Shown here: positions 18,425 to 28,145 of the stretch, one piece after another
How the letters are laid out: every line of letters starts with the position of its first letter
How positions within the stretch are numbered: the stretch's first letter is position 1
Assembly (NCBI GenBank): GCA_938084055.1
Contig: CALKDK010000018.1
Location: 55,116-119,115 of the forward strand
Source: an uncultured Luminiphilus sp.
Lineage (GTDB): Bacteria > Pseudomonadota > Gammaproteobacteria > Pseudomonadales > Halieaceae
DNA length: 64,000 bases
Reading direction: 5' to 3'
Position numbers and translations under genes: made by a program
The notes under the pieces: generated by a model
The model's input: the letters and a program-made list of their open reading frames with translations, nothing else
What the model was told of the DNA's origin: nothing
Databases searched by the model: none

Positions 18425-19081
18425 TCAGCAGACGTGTTTCGGGAAGGCCTGGTGCAGGAAAGCCCTTGCCACCGCTTTGGCCCGGGCTTTGTTGAGGTCG
18501 CGGGGAGCGACCAGCAGGCTTAACCACAGGCCATCAATCATCGCCAGATAACCGGTGGCCAGCTGGCGCGAATCCCGGTCACTGTAATTACCCTCCCGGA
18601 TGACCGCCGCAAACAGCTCCTCAACTTTCTTCGCCGCGAGGCGATCGCTGGTAGAGCAGATACGCTGGTAGACCGGACGCGCGCCGGCTTCGCCATAGTA
18701 CGCAAACCAGACCGCCATTTTTTGCCGATGGGTTACCCCCCGGCTCAACTGGAAATCGAGCAGCTGTTCGAGGGAGGCTTCGAGGGAGTGCAGGGCTTCA
18801 TCCGAGACGATGCGCAGCAAACCCTCGTTGTACTCCCGGGTCACATGCAACAGGGTCTCTGTCAGCAGATTTTCCTTACTCTGGAAATGCAGGTTGGCAA
18901 TGCCCAGGCTGAGGCCCGCCTCACGGGTCACCAATTGCATGGTAGTCGCCGACAGCCCGTGCTGTGCGATACAGCGGATGGTGGCATCGATCAACTGCTG
19001 CCTGCGTTCGGTGCGGGAGCGCACCTCCCGACGTTTTTTCTCGGGTTGCCGTAACGCTATGGGCGGGGAGCTCGTGGACAC
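18425..19081 (-). CDS. TetR-family regulator with BetI-like C-terminal domain
   Basis: RRQQLIDAT..HGLSATT..AGLSLG..HFQSKENL HTH; WFAYYGE and IDGLWL. Start uncertain (GTG 19081; track gives 19207). Confidence 0.88.
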   Translation of the reverse strand: MSTSSPPIALRQPEKKRREVRSRTERRQQLIDATIRCIAQHGLSATTMQLVTREAGLSLGIANLHFQSKENLLTETLLHVTREYNEGLLRIVSDEALHSLEASLEQLLDFQLSRGVTHRQKMAVWFAYYGEAGARPVYQRICSTSDRLAAKKVEELFAAVIREGNYSDRDSRQLATGYLAMIDGLWLSLLVAPRDLNKARAKAVARAFLHQAFPKHVC

Positions 19082-19147
19082 AAGTTGGCTTGCTGTGTGA
19101 GTTGTATCAGCACACTCTAACAAGCCTGACCTGAAAGGCAATCCGTA

Positions 19148-19165
19148 AATGAATGTTTGTTCATT
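19148..19165. promoter_or_regulatory. Putative TetR operator palindrome AATGAA-N6-TTCATT
   Basis: AT-rich inverted repeat in the divergent spacer between the TetR gene and the flavoprotein operon. Confidence 0.6.
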
Positions 19166-19231
19166 CATGCTGGACGCTCCGAGCCGGCCATGGCAGACTC
19201 CTACCACTCATCGCAGTGTTGGAGATTTCCA

Positions 19232-20848
19232 GTGAACCAGTACGATGCCATCGTGATTGGCGCGGGTCATAACGGCCTGACCAATGGCGCCTACCTCGCC
19301 AAGGCGGGACTCAAGGTTGCTGTATTGGAGCGCAACCCCTATATCGGTGGAGCGACAGTGAGTCGCGAGCTTCACAAGGGCTGGTACTACTCGAATTGCT
19401 CTTACGTCTCAAGTTTACTGCGTCCTGAGATTACCCGGGACCTGGAGCTGCCGCGGCATGGACTCCAGGTTGTGCCTTTTGGCGGGGGAACGACTTTCAT
19501 GCGCAACGGCGATCACTTTCATAATTTTGATGATCACGACCGTCTCCACCGTGAAATGTCACGCCATTCCAAGCGGGATGCCAATGCCTACGATCGCTAT
19601 GCCGCAGATACCAGCCTGCAAACCAAATTGATCCGACCCTACCTGATGCGAACGCCTCCCGATCCGACGTCAATGAAACCCAGGGATCTTGCCGATCTGC
19701 TGGAGTTCGCGCGGTCGTTCATGGCGCTGGGCGAGGAAAAATTACTCGATACCATCAAGTTCTGGACCGGAAGCGTGGGCGACTATCTGGATGGCTACTT
19801 CGAGACTGACGTCATCAAAGCCCATATTGCCGGCAGCGGTATTATCGGTACCGCGCTGGGCGTGTACTCGCCGGGCACCGCCTACGTACTGCTCCACCAC
19901 TATATGGGGGACGTGGACGGTAATGTCGGTGCCTGGGGATTTGCCCGGGGTGGTATGGGTGCCATTGCCGAATCCCTGTCCAAGGCGTTTCAATCCTACG
20001 GCGGCGAGATTATCTGCGACGCCAATGTCGACGAAATTATCGTGCGGGATGGGCGGGCCAAAGGGGTTGCTCTCAAGGACGGTACCGAATACCAGGCGGA
20101 TATCGTGGTGTCCAACCTCGATCCGAAGCGGACATTCCTCGATATAACCAATCCCAAGGACCTGCCCGAAGACGTGCTTAAGAAAGCGCAGAACTTCAAG
20201 ATTCGAGGCTCCTCGGGCAAACTCAATATCGCCTTGGACGGACTGCCCACGTTCACGGGTATCGACCCCAGAAGCAGGATGATGGGGGGCGAGATGCACT
20301 TCAGCGACTCCCTGGAACGACAGGAGCGTGCCTACGATGACTGGAAGAACGGTACCTGGTCGAAGGACCCCTATCTGGATATGCTGATCCCCTCGATGAC
20401 AGATCCTACGATGGCGCCGCCGGGCAAACACATGATGTCGGTGTTTGTGCAGTACGCGCCACCAAAGGTCGAAGGGCGGGATTGGACCGACGAGGACAAG
20501 GATGGCTTTGAGAAATCAGTACTTGACCAGATTTCAAATTACAGTCCCGATTTCCGTGACCTTATCCTGCACTGCGAAACCCGGACCCCGCGCGAGATTG
20601 AGGCAGAGGTCGGGCTGACTGAAGGCAACATCTTCATGGGCGAGCTGACCTTCGACCAGCTGTTGTTCAACCGACCCTTCCCGGGCTATTCCCAGTACCG
20701 GGCTCCCATCAAGGGCATGTATATGTGTAGTTCCGGAACCCACCCTGGAGGGGGCGTAATGGCGGCTCCCGGGGCCAACGCGGCGCGGGAGATTCTGTCG
20801 GACCTCAAGCGACCCAATACGGTACCGGGAGGTTACGCAGATGACTGA
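19232..20848 (+). CDS. Phytoene desaturase/PYROXD2-like FAD-dependent oxidoreductase (subunit 1)
   Basis: GGAG RBS then GTG 19232; VIGAGHNGL dinucleotide motif, RGGMG, GTHPGGGVMAAPGANAA. Confidence 0.9.
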   Translation: MNQYDAIVIGAGHNGLTNGAYLAKAGLKVAVLERNPYIGGATVSRELHKGWYYSNCSYVSSLLRPEITRDLELPRHGLQVVPFGGGTTFMRNGDHFHNFDDHDRLHREMSRHSKRDANAYDRYAADTSLQTKLIRPYLMRTPPDPTSMKPRDLADLLEFARSFMALGEEKLLDTIKFWTGSVGDYLDGYFETDVIKAHIAGSGIIGTALGVYSPGTAYVLLHHYMGDVDGNVGAWGFARGGMGAIAESLSKAFQSYGGEIICDANVDEIIVRDGRAKGVALKDGTEYQADIVVSNLDPKRTFLDITNPKDLPEDVLKKAQNFKIRGSSGKLNIALDGLPTFTGIDPRSRMMGGEMHFSDSLERQERAYDDWKNGTWSKDPYLDMLIPSMTDPTMAPPGKHMMSVFVQYAPPKVEGRDWTDEDKDGFEKSVLDQISNYSPDFRDLILHCETRTPREIEAEVGLTEGNIFMGELTFDQLLFNRPFPGYSQYRAPIKGMYMCSSGTHPGGGVMAAPGANAAREILSDLKRPNTVPGGYADD

Positions 20849-22400
20849 TTACGACGCGATTATCGTAGGGGCGGGCCACAATGGCCTGGTGTGTGGCGCC
20901 TACCTGGCCAAAGCCGGTAAGCGGGTATTGGTTGTCGATGGGCGGGATCAGCCCGGAGGGTGTGCGAGCACCCGGGAGTTGGCGGCGGGTTTCCGTATCT
21001 CGGATTGCGCACAGTGGCTTTACCAGTTTGACGACCTCATTGTCGGGGAGTTGGGTTTACAGGCTGCCGGACTGACCGTGGGTCGCCGTAAACAGACCGT
21101 GGCACTGCAAACGGATGGTGATCACCTGACCATTGATGGCGATCTGCTGCGGGGCGCCGGCATCGGAACCGGTGACCAGGCCGCTTACCAGGCCTTCCGC
21201 CAGCAGATTGACGTATTTGCCAAGCTCATGCTCAAGCTGTATCGCGGCAGGGCGCCGAAGCTGGTCGAGGCCGACTGGACAGATCGCGTGACACTCATGA
21301 AGCTGGGTCTGGGACTGAAGCTCATGGGTAAAGGCAACATGCAGGACCTGATGCGCCTGGTCCTGATCAATATTTACGACGTGATGAATGAGAACTTTGA
21401 TCACGAGGGCTTGAAGGCGGCACTGGCAATGGACGCCATCACGGGCACCAACATGGGGCCTCGGTCACCCAATACGGTCTTTACCTACCTGCATCGTGCC
21501 CTTGGCAATCAACTCCAGGCGGGGGGTGTCGTGCAGGTGATGGGCGGCATGGGTGCCCTGGGCGACGCGCTGAAAAGCGCGGCCGAGGCTCACGGCGCCA
21601 CCGTCAGGCTGGGTTGCCGTGTCCGGCAGATCGTCAAGGAGGGTGATCGTGTCTGTGCCGTGCTGCTCGACGATGGGAGTACCGTGCAAACCAAGGCGGT
21701 GGTCTCTAGCGCAGACCCAACCACAACCTTCGGTGAACTGTTGGGTTGTCAACACCTGGAAACGGGTATGGCCCGTCGCGTTACCCAGTACCGGACCCGC
21801 AGTGGAACGGCCAAGCTGCACCTGGCCCTGTCCGGCCTGCCGAGTTTCACTGGGCTTGATAACGGGGGCCTGACCCAGCGCCTGGTCATTGCGCCCTCCA
21901 TGGATGCCATAGAGTCAGCCTTCAACCCCATGAAATATGCCGAGTGTGGGGATCGCCACGTCTTCGATATCAGTATTCCAAGTATCGAGGACCCAAGCCT
22001 TGCGCCGGATGGACAGCACGTGCTGACGGCCCTGGTCCATTACCTACCCTATGAGACCAAAGCCGGGTGGGCAGCCGATCGACCCCAGGTCCTGGACGGC
22101 CTGGTTGCTCAATTGGAGGCCTACGCCCCCGGCCTGAGGGAGCAGATTGTGGCCTCTGAACTGCTGGTACCACCAGATTTCGAGGCTGCCTACGGTATGG
22201 CTGGCGGCAACTGGCACCATGGTGAATTGTCTATCGACCAGGCCCTGATGATGCGACCCTTTCCCGGCTCTACCCAGTATGCAACGGCCGTGCCCGGACT
22301 GTTTCTGTGCGGCGCAGGAGCACATCCCGGTGGCAGCCTGATGGGTCTCCCCGGCCGTAATGCCGCCAAGGAGATACTCAAGCAAGGAGCCCTCACATGA
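20841..22400 (+). CDS. Phytoene desaturase/PYROXD2-like FAD-dependent oxidoreductase (subunit 2)
   Basis: IVGAGHNGL, GGMG, GAHPGGSLMGLPGRNAA; overlaps the upstream paralog by 8 nt. Confidence 0.9.
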   Translation: MTDYDAIIVGAGHNGLVCGAYLAKAGKRVLVVDGRDQPGGCASTRELAAGFRISDCAQWLYQFDDLIVGELGLQAAGLTVGRRKQTVALQTDGDHLTIDGDLLRGAGIGTGDQAAYQAFRQQIDVFAKLMLKLYRGRAPKLVEADWTDRVTLMKLGLGLKLMGKGNMQDLMRLVLINIYDVMNENFDHEGLKAALAMDAITGTNMGPRSPNTVFTYLHRALGNQLQAGGVVQVMGGMGALGDALKSAAEAHGATVRLGCRVRQIVKEGDRVCAVLLDDGSTVQTKAVVSSADPTTTFGELLGCQHLETGMARRVTQYRTRSGTAKLHLALSGLPSFTGLDNGGLTQRLVIAPSMDAIESAFNPMKYAECGDRHVFDISIPSIEDPSLAPDGQHVLTALVHYLPYETKAGWAADRPQVLDGLVAQLEAYAPGLREQIVASELLVPPDFEAAYGMAGGNWHHGELSIDQALMMRPFPGSTQYATAVPGLFLCGAGAHPGGSLMGLPGRNAAKEILKQGALT

Positions 22401-23581
22401 TCACTTCCAGCAGAGAAACCATGCTCCTGACCACACCCTTTCATTCCCGGGTGGAGGCCATGTGCCACCTCAATGACTGGGGCAACTGGATGGGCTACAC
22501 CACACCCAATGCCTATTTCGATGTTGAACTCGAGTACTTTGCAATCCGCAGCACCACCGGGGTCTTTGACCTGTCGCCCATGAATAAATACCGCATCACA
22601 GGTCCCGACGCCGAGGCTTACCTCAATCGGATGGTGACCCGCAACGTGAGTAAGCTGGGTGTGAATCGTGTCGGTTACGCGGTCTGGTGTAATGATGCGG
22701 GCAGTATCCTTGACGATGGCACGATCTTCCGTCTGGGTGAGCAGGACTTCAGGCTCTGTTCATACCAGCGCGCAGACGACTGGCTGTACTGGTGCACGCT
22801 GGGGTTTGACGTCACCATTACCAATGAGAGTGAGGACATTGCGGGTCTCGCTGTGCAGGGCCCAACTTCCTGCACGGTGCTCACCCTGCTGGGCTGCACG
22901 GGTCTCGATCAGCTCAAGCCCTTTGGCATTGCGCACTTTACCTTTGAGGGTGCCCCTATGATGGTGAGTCGAACCGGCTTCACCGGGGACCTCGGTTATG
23001 AGGTCTGGGTTGCGCCCGAGCAGGCAGAAGCCCTGTGGGATCAGTTGTTCGAGTGTGGCCGTGATTACCTGATTAAACCCATTGGTGGCTATGCACTGGA
23101 TCTCGCCCGGATCGAAGCCGGCTTTTTGCAGGCGCATGTTGATTTCATACCCGCCGAGGAAGCGGTCCGTCCGGGGCGTACCCGGAGTCCTCTGGAACTG
23201 GGCCTCGAGTGGCTGGTAGATTTCTCCAAGCCACTGTTCAACGGCCGCGCGGCACTGCTGGAAGAGAAAGCCCGGGGTTCCCGCTATCGCTTCGCGATTC
23301 TCGATATAGAGGGTAATAAACCGGCCGAGCACTCGTTCATCCTGAAAGGTAACAAGGTCGTGGGTACGGTGACATCCGCAGCCTGGTGTCCCACGGTGAA
23401 GTCCAACCTTGCCTACGCGCTGATCGAAGCGCCCCACGGCAAGGTGGGGGATCAGTTAACGGCGGAGATTTACTATCAGCGCGAATTGCACTGGACCCGT
23501 TTGATGGCGCCCTGTCGCGTGATCGATGGTCCGTTGTTCAACCCGAAACGCCGACGGCAGACGCCGGCGCCCCCGTTCTGA
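22397..23581 (+). CDS. GcvT-family THF-dependent aminomethyltransferase
   Basis: TPFH, FDLSPM..GPDA, DDGT, SRTGFTGDLGYE, ARIEAG; ATGA overlap with the upstream gene. Confidence 0.92.
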   Translation: MITSSRETMLLTTPFHSRVEAMCHLNDWGNWMGYTTPNAYFDVELEYFAIRSTTGVFDLSPMNKYRITGPDAEAYLNRMVTRNVSKLGVNRVGYAVWCNDAGSILDDGTIFRLGEQDFRLCSYQRADDWLYWCTLGFDVTITNESEDIAGLAVQGPTSCTVLTLLGCTGLDQLKPFGIAHFTFEGAPMMVSRTGFTGDLGYEVWVAPEQAEALWDQLFECGRDYLIKPIGGYALDLARIEAGFLQAHVDFIPAEEAVRPGRTRSPLELGLEWLVDFSKPLFNGRAALLEEKARGSRYRFAILDIEGNKPAEHSFILKGNKVVGTVTSAAWCPTVKSNLAYALIEAPHGKVGDQLTAEIYYQRELHWTRLMAPCRVIDGPLFNPKRRRQTPAPPF

Positions 23582-23617
23582 TTACTTTTCCCAGGAGCAC
23601 AGCTGAGGCTTGAAGCA

Positions 23618-24898
23618 ATGCGTGTCATCGCTACACATGTCGACGATTCCACAGAGCAGCTGCGCGCCACGCTGGCTGCGCAGCGGGAGCGTCCGGGCTA
23701 TGCCATTGATCCCTACTTTTATCGCTCGCACCTTGTGCATGAGTTGGAGCTCGAGCATTTGGTATTCAAAAGCTGGATCTATGCGCTGCATACCAGCGAA
23801 ATCCCCCAGGTCGGTGATTACCAGATCCTTGAAATAGGCGAAGATGCCATTATTGTCGTCCGTACCGAGGATGGCTCAATTCGGGCGATGCACAATATTT
23901 GTCGGCATCGCGGTTCCCGGGTCTGTGAAGGACCCTCGGGTAATCGAAAAACCTTTGTCTGCCCCTATCACGGCTGGGTCTATGAACTGGACGGCGCATT
24001 GAAAGCGGCCCGTGAAACCCACGTCATGGCGGACTTGGACAAAACCCAGCTAGGCCTCAAGTCGGTGCTGTGCATCGAGTACATGGGCATGGTCTTCATC
24101 AACTGCGACCCCAATGCCGCTGATTTGATTGCCTCGCTTGAAAAAATGCGTGCGCCCCTGGGTGCCTATGATCTGGCCAATGCGAAAGTCGCCGACCGGC
24201 GTACGTATCGGGTCGATGCCAACTGGAAGCTGGCAATAGAAAATTATCTGGAATGCTATCACTGTGCGACTTCCCATCGCGCCTATGCCCGCCTGCATAC
24301 GCTCAAGGACCTCGATGAGAAATCCGCCCCTGTCGTCGCCCAGATGCTCGAGCGTGCCGAGGAAAAAACAGGTATTGAAGGCATAACCCAGACCCACACC
24401 AAGATTTATCTCGATGCAGATAATTTCGCGACCTGTGCGCATACCATGCGCTATGGGCTCTTCGAGGGTTTTGTAACCGGCAGTCAGGACGGGCAGCCCG
24501 TGGCGCCGTTGATGGGCCACTTCAAGGGTTATGACGGTGGGGCAGGAGACTTCCAGCTGGGCCCCGTGACCTTTATGCTGAACTACCCCGACCACTGTGT
24601 GCTGTATCGGTTCTTACCGCGGTCGCTGACCGAGACCGATATGGAACTGGTATGGTTCGTTCGGGGTGATGCGGTGGAGGGTCAGGATTACGATCTCGAT
24701 AAATTGACCTGGCTGTGGCACCACACAACCCTCGAGGATGAGTACATCATTACGCGCAACAGCCTGGGTGTGAACTCACGGTTCTTTGAGCCCGGCCCGT
24801 ATCACGTCGAATTTGAAGAGACCCTGCAGCAGTTCATTGACTGGTACCTGCACACCATGGCCGAAACAGTCGCACTGCCCAACGCTCCGGGCGTTTAA
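23618..24898 (+). CDS. Rieske oxygenase alpha subunit, quaternary-amine demethylase (GbcA/Stc2) type
   Basis: Rieske CRH..CPYH; mononuclear-iron motif ENYLECYHCATSH; C-terminal ED..NSLGV.S..FEPGPY. Confidence 0.9.
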   Translation: MRVIATHVDDSTEQLRATLAAQRERPGYAIDPYFYRSHLVHELELEHLVFKSWIYALHTSEIPQVGDYQILEIGEDAIIVVRTEDGSIRAMHNICRHRGSRVCEGPSGNRKTFVCPYHGWVYELDGALKAARETHVMADLDKTQLGLKSVLCIEYMGMVFINCDPNAADLIASLEKMRAPLGAYDLANAKVADRRTYRVDANWKLAIENYLECYHCATSHRAYARLHTLKDLDEKSAPVVAQMLERAEEKTGIEGITQTHTKIYLDADNFATCAHTMRYGLFEGFVTGSQDGQPVAPLMGHFKGYDGGAGDFQLGPVTFMLNYPDHCVLYRFLPRSLTETDMELVWFVRGDAVEGQDYDLDKLTWLWHHTTLEDEYIITRNSLGVNSRFFEPGPYHVEFEETLQQFIDWYLHTMAETVALPNAPGV

Positions 24899-24925
24899 AA
24901 CAGGGAGCGGGTCAGTCCCTGCACC

Positions 24926-25780
24926 TCACTGAGAAGGCATTGGCCTATTGGCTCCCATTAGCTCTTCGAAGCGGACCTGCCAGCTTGACAGGTTGGCTTC
25001 AATCATGGCGAAGCCGCCCAGCCACAACAGGCTGTCATAGGTATACAGGTAGTGGCCATACCACCCCCATGTCAGTGCGCAGACGATGATCAGAAAATAG
25101 CTGATGTGGGGCGTCTGAGCCGCCAGGGTTCCCGCCGTTGTGTTGCGCCGTTTCAGCCGTGCCAGCGCCGCAAAGGCAAAGCCAGCAGCGAGCCAGGCGG
25201 CACATTCGATGAAGCTGGCTGTTGCTTGAATTGTGGCTATCCGAAGGCCTTTTGCATCCAGCAGCGTGTTAGCTTCAAATGACCAAGCGGCCACCCCCTC
25301 AGGCATCAGGGTGAGGCACGCCGCCTGCGATAAGGGCGTGTATTCCTGGTTGTTCAGGCTGTAAAGAACGACGCCCTCCCGGATGCAATACGCCTCGGTG
25401 AGCGGCACTTGTTCGGACTCCAGCACGGCCAGCAGATCGCTGGTGTAGACCACCAGGGTGTGGGCGAGGACGCCGAAGCAAGTCCAGCGCAGGACATTCA
25501 GGAGTAGACGAACCCGGGGTTTGGAATACAACTGTTGCCAGTAGGTCTCGATCTCAAAAACCAGGAGGAGTCCAAACCAGCCTGCCACGTCCAGCGAGGT
25601 CGCATAGGCCCCGGTGATATCCCAGATCGACTGGTAGCCCTCTCTGGCAAGCGTTGTGGAATCTTCAACGATGTAGAAAACAAAGTTGATGAACAACAGA
25701 CTGTATATGGGCCACTTCAGGTACTGCTGATATCGGACCAATACCGCCAGTAAGCCACTTACAGGGCCCGGTGAGGGCAT
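24926..25780 (-). CDS. Hypothetical integral membrane protein
   Basis: About 6 hydrophobic helices and a loop with a Cys pair. Start 25780 avoids overlap with the upstream gene. Confidence 0.7.
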   Translation of the reverse strand: MPSPGPVSGLLAVLVRYQQYLKWPIYSLLFINFVFYIVEDSTTLAREGYQSIWDITGAYATSLDVAGWFGLLLVFEIETYWQQLYSKPRVRLLLNVLRWTCFGVLAHTLVVYTSDLLAVLESEQVPLTEAYCIREGVVLYSLNNQEYTPLSQAACLTLMPEGVAAWSFEANTLLDAKGLRIATIQATASFIECAAWLAAGFAFAALARLKRRNTTAGTLAAQTPHISYFLIIVCALTWGWYGHYLYTYDSLLWLGGFAMIEANLSSWQVRFEELMGANRPMPSQ

Positions 25781-25796
25781 CACACCGGGGTGGGGG

Positions 25797-26588
25797 TCAG
25801 GAGTCAAACCAGAGTCCGTCAGGGTCCCCTGGCCAGACACCCAGATGGGGGCCGTGGGCCTGAAAACCCAGCAGCCGCTGCACCGCTTCGGGTTGTGCTG
25901 CTACCGCCTCAGCGGGCAGCGTCAGGTATTGGTTTTCCTCCTGGCGCAGCCAGCCCAGCGTGTAGGTATTGACCAGCGCCCGACGGGGTCTGTCACTCTC
26001 GTTGGCACCGCCACCGTGGAGCGTGGAGCCCAGGTAGAGCACCACGGAACCGCTGGGCATCTCAGCGGCCAGGCTGTTGCGGCTCGCCTCACCCGGGTGG
26101 CTGCCATTGCGGTGTGAACCCGGTATCACGCGGGTGGCGCCGTTTTCCTCGGTGAAGTCATCCAGGGCCCAGAGCGCGGAAACCTGCATCTCAAACGGGA
26201 AGTAGTCAGTGGGATAAATACTGTCGTCGGCATGCAGTACCTGGGCCTGTTCTCCCGGTAGAATTTCAATGGCGGTTGTACTGCCTACTTGAATGACCTC
26301 ACAGTGGGGCCCGAGTACAGCCTCTGCGAGCGCCAGAACCTCGGGGTGGGCAAACAGATGCTGGAATTCACTGGAGTGTTCGGCGACACCCCCGACACGA
26401 CGAGTCAGGTAGCCGTTGAAATCATTTTGGAACTCAGCGCCCAAACGTTCGTACTGGGGCTGTAAGTCGGCGTTGAACGCTTCAATTCTGGCCGCAGCCG
26501 CCAAGCCTTCTATGATGAGGGCACCTGACTTTAGCAGGGCGTCCGCCAAGACGTCGTGGTTATGACCAGCGGTGAATCGCGGAATCAT
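25797..26588 (-). CDS. Phytanoyl-CoA dioxygenase (PhyH)-family Fe(II)/2OG oxygenase
   Basis: QVLHADD, WALDDFTEENGATRVIPGSH, HGGGAN..R, GWLRQEENQYL. Confidence 0.9.
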   Translation of the reverse strand: MIPRFTAGHNHDVLADALLKSGALIIEGLAAAARIEAFNADLQPQYERLGAEFQNDFNGYLTRRVGGVAEHSSEFQHLFAHPEVLALAEAVLGPHCEVIQVGSTTAIEILPGEQAQVLHADDSIYPTDYFPFEMQVSALWALDDFTEENGATRVIPGSHRNGSHPGEASRNSLAAEMPSGSVVLYLGSTLHGGGANESDRPRRALVNTYTLGWLRQEENQYLTLPAEAVAAQPEAVQRLLGFQAHGPHLGVWPGDPDGLWFDS

Positions 26589-26750
26589 GGTCGTTGCTCT
26601 CCCGTTGCTCAGCTGGGAAGGTGATTTGGTATTACGTGGATTTTCCCTGCGAATGCCATGGTAAACACCGCATAGGGTATGAACAAGCGCTGCAGCAGAC
26701 GGTGCGCTGTCGTAGGGGTGAAATCACGTCAGTCCCACAGCTGAGCGTCG

Positions 26751-28046
26751 TCAAGCCTGCGCTTTGGCCGGCAGAAACGGTTGATCGACACGGATGAAAA
26801 GCCACAAAACCGCACCCGCGAGAGCAACACCCGTGCCCGTGGAGAGCGCCGCCACCCAGCCAATGTACTGTGCCAGAAACGGCATAAGGGGTGCGACCAC
26901 AATACCGGCGGCATTGCCGCCGGTATTCATCAGCCCGCAGGCAGGCGCCGTATAGGGCCCGGCGACAAATGTTTGTGCAGACCAGAAAGCACCCTCGGCG
27001 AATTGCGTGAAGGCAAAGCACAGGGACAGCAGTGCAACAGCCGTATAGGGCGACGTCGAATACAGGCCGGCGTACAGCAGACTGCCAGCGCCAACCAAAC
27101 CGATCATGGCGGGCAGTCGACACCCCAGCCTGGGGCCCAGTTTTTTACACAGGGCGTCGCAGGTCAGCCCGCCCAGCGTGGCCATGACCGCGCCGGTGAT
27201 CCAGGGCAGTGCTGCCAGAAACCCGGTTTCGAGAATCGTAAACCCCAGTTCGGTGACGAGGTAGTGAAAAAACCAGGTGAAGAACAGGTAGAAGACATAG
27301 TTGAGTGAAAAATAGGAGGTGGTCAGCAGCAGCGTTTCGCGATTGCGGATGAGCTGGGTCCAGGCACCAAATCCGGCTTCCTGGGTCAATGCTTCCCGGT
27401 TGGCCTGAATCAGGGAGAGCTCCTCGCTACCCATGGCGGGGTGATCCCCCGGGTTGTCCCGGGCATACCACCACCACAGGCCAAACAAGCCAATGCTCAG
27501 TGGAATAAAGACGTAAAACGAAGCGCGCCATCCCCAGTACACCGCGACCAGGGCGACCAGGGGCTGCGCTGCTGCAGCACCCAGCGTCAGGCCGGTGCTT
27601 GATACGGCGTTGGGTAATGCCCAATGGCCAACGGGAAACCAGCGCTCGACTGCCGCGGCCTGCACCGGATACATGGGCGCATGGGCGGCCCCCAGGACGA
27701 ATCGCACCAGCATCAGAACGGCGATAACCCCGGCGGTGGATTGGAATAGCAGGCCCGGTAGCAGTCCTGTCAGGCCCGAGGCCGCAATGCCAAGTATGCC
27801 CACTGTCATCAGGGTTCGGCGCGGACCAAAGCGCGCACCGGCAATGCCTCCCGGTAACTGGAACAGGGCGTAGCCCCAGATAAAGCTGGCATAAATCCAG
27901 CCCATTTCCAGTTCGCTCAGGGACAGCTCGGGCATCATGAGCTCGCCTGCGACGTGGATGTTCTGGCGCATCAGGTACGCCAGAAAACTGAGCATGAATA
28001 AAATGCCAAAAAACCGCCAGCGTACAGGAACGGATGCCCAGCTCAT
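26751..28046 (-). CDS. MFS transporter (anion:cation symporter-like)
   Basis: YLMRQNI, YALFQLPGG, RFGPRR, ERWFP, GLMNTGGN; 12 TM segments. Confidence 0.88.
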   Translation of the reverse strand: MSWASVPVRWRFFGILFMLSFLAYLMRQNIHVAGELMMPELSLSELEMGWIYASFIWGYALFQLPGGIAGARFGPRRTLMTVGILGIAASGLTGLLPGLLFQSTAGVIAVLMLVRFVLGAAHAPMYPVQAAAVERWFPVGHWALPNAVSSTGLTLGAAAAQPLVALVAVYWGWRASFYVFIPLSIGLFGLWWWYARDNPGDHPAMGSEELSLIQANREALTQEAGFGAWTQLIRNRETLLLTTSYFSLNYVFYLFFTWFFHYLVTELGFTILETGFLAALPWITGAVMATLGGLTCDALCKKLGPRLGCRLPAMIGLVGAGSLLYAGLYSTSPYTAVALLSLCFAFTQFAEGAFWSAQTFVAGPYTAPACGLMNTGGNAAGIVVAPLMPFLAQYIGWVAALSTGTGVALAGAVLWLFIRVDQPFLPAKAQA

Positions 28047-28145
28047 CGTGGGTTGGCCGGGTCGAATCGCGGGCCGAGAGCTGCCGTCACGAAGGCATGG
28101 GCCGGGGAGCAGTCGCTGGGACCGCTCCGGTGTCCAGAGTCCAGG

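Noticed and set aside
19232-22400. Carotenoid biosynthesis (crtI) interpretation
   Set aside because: No crtB, crtE or crtY nearby; coupling to a GcvT gene points to C1 or amine metabolism.
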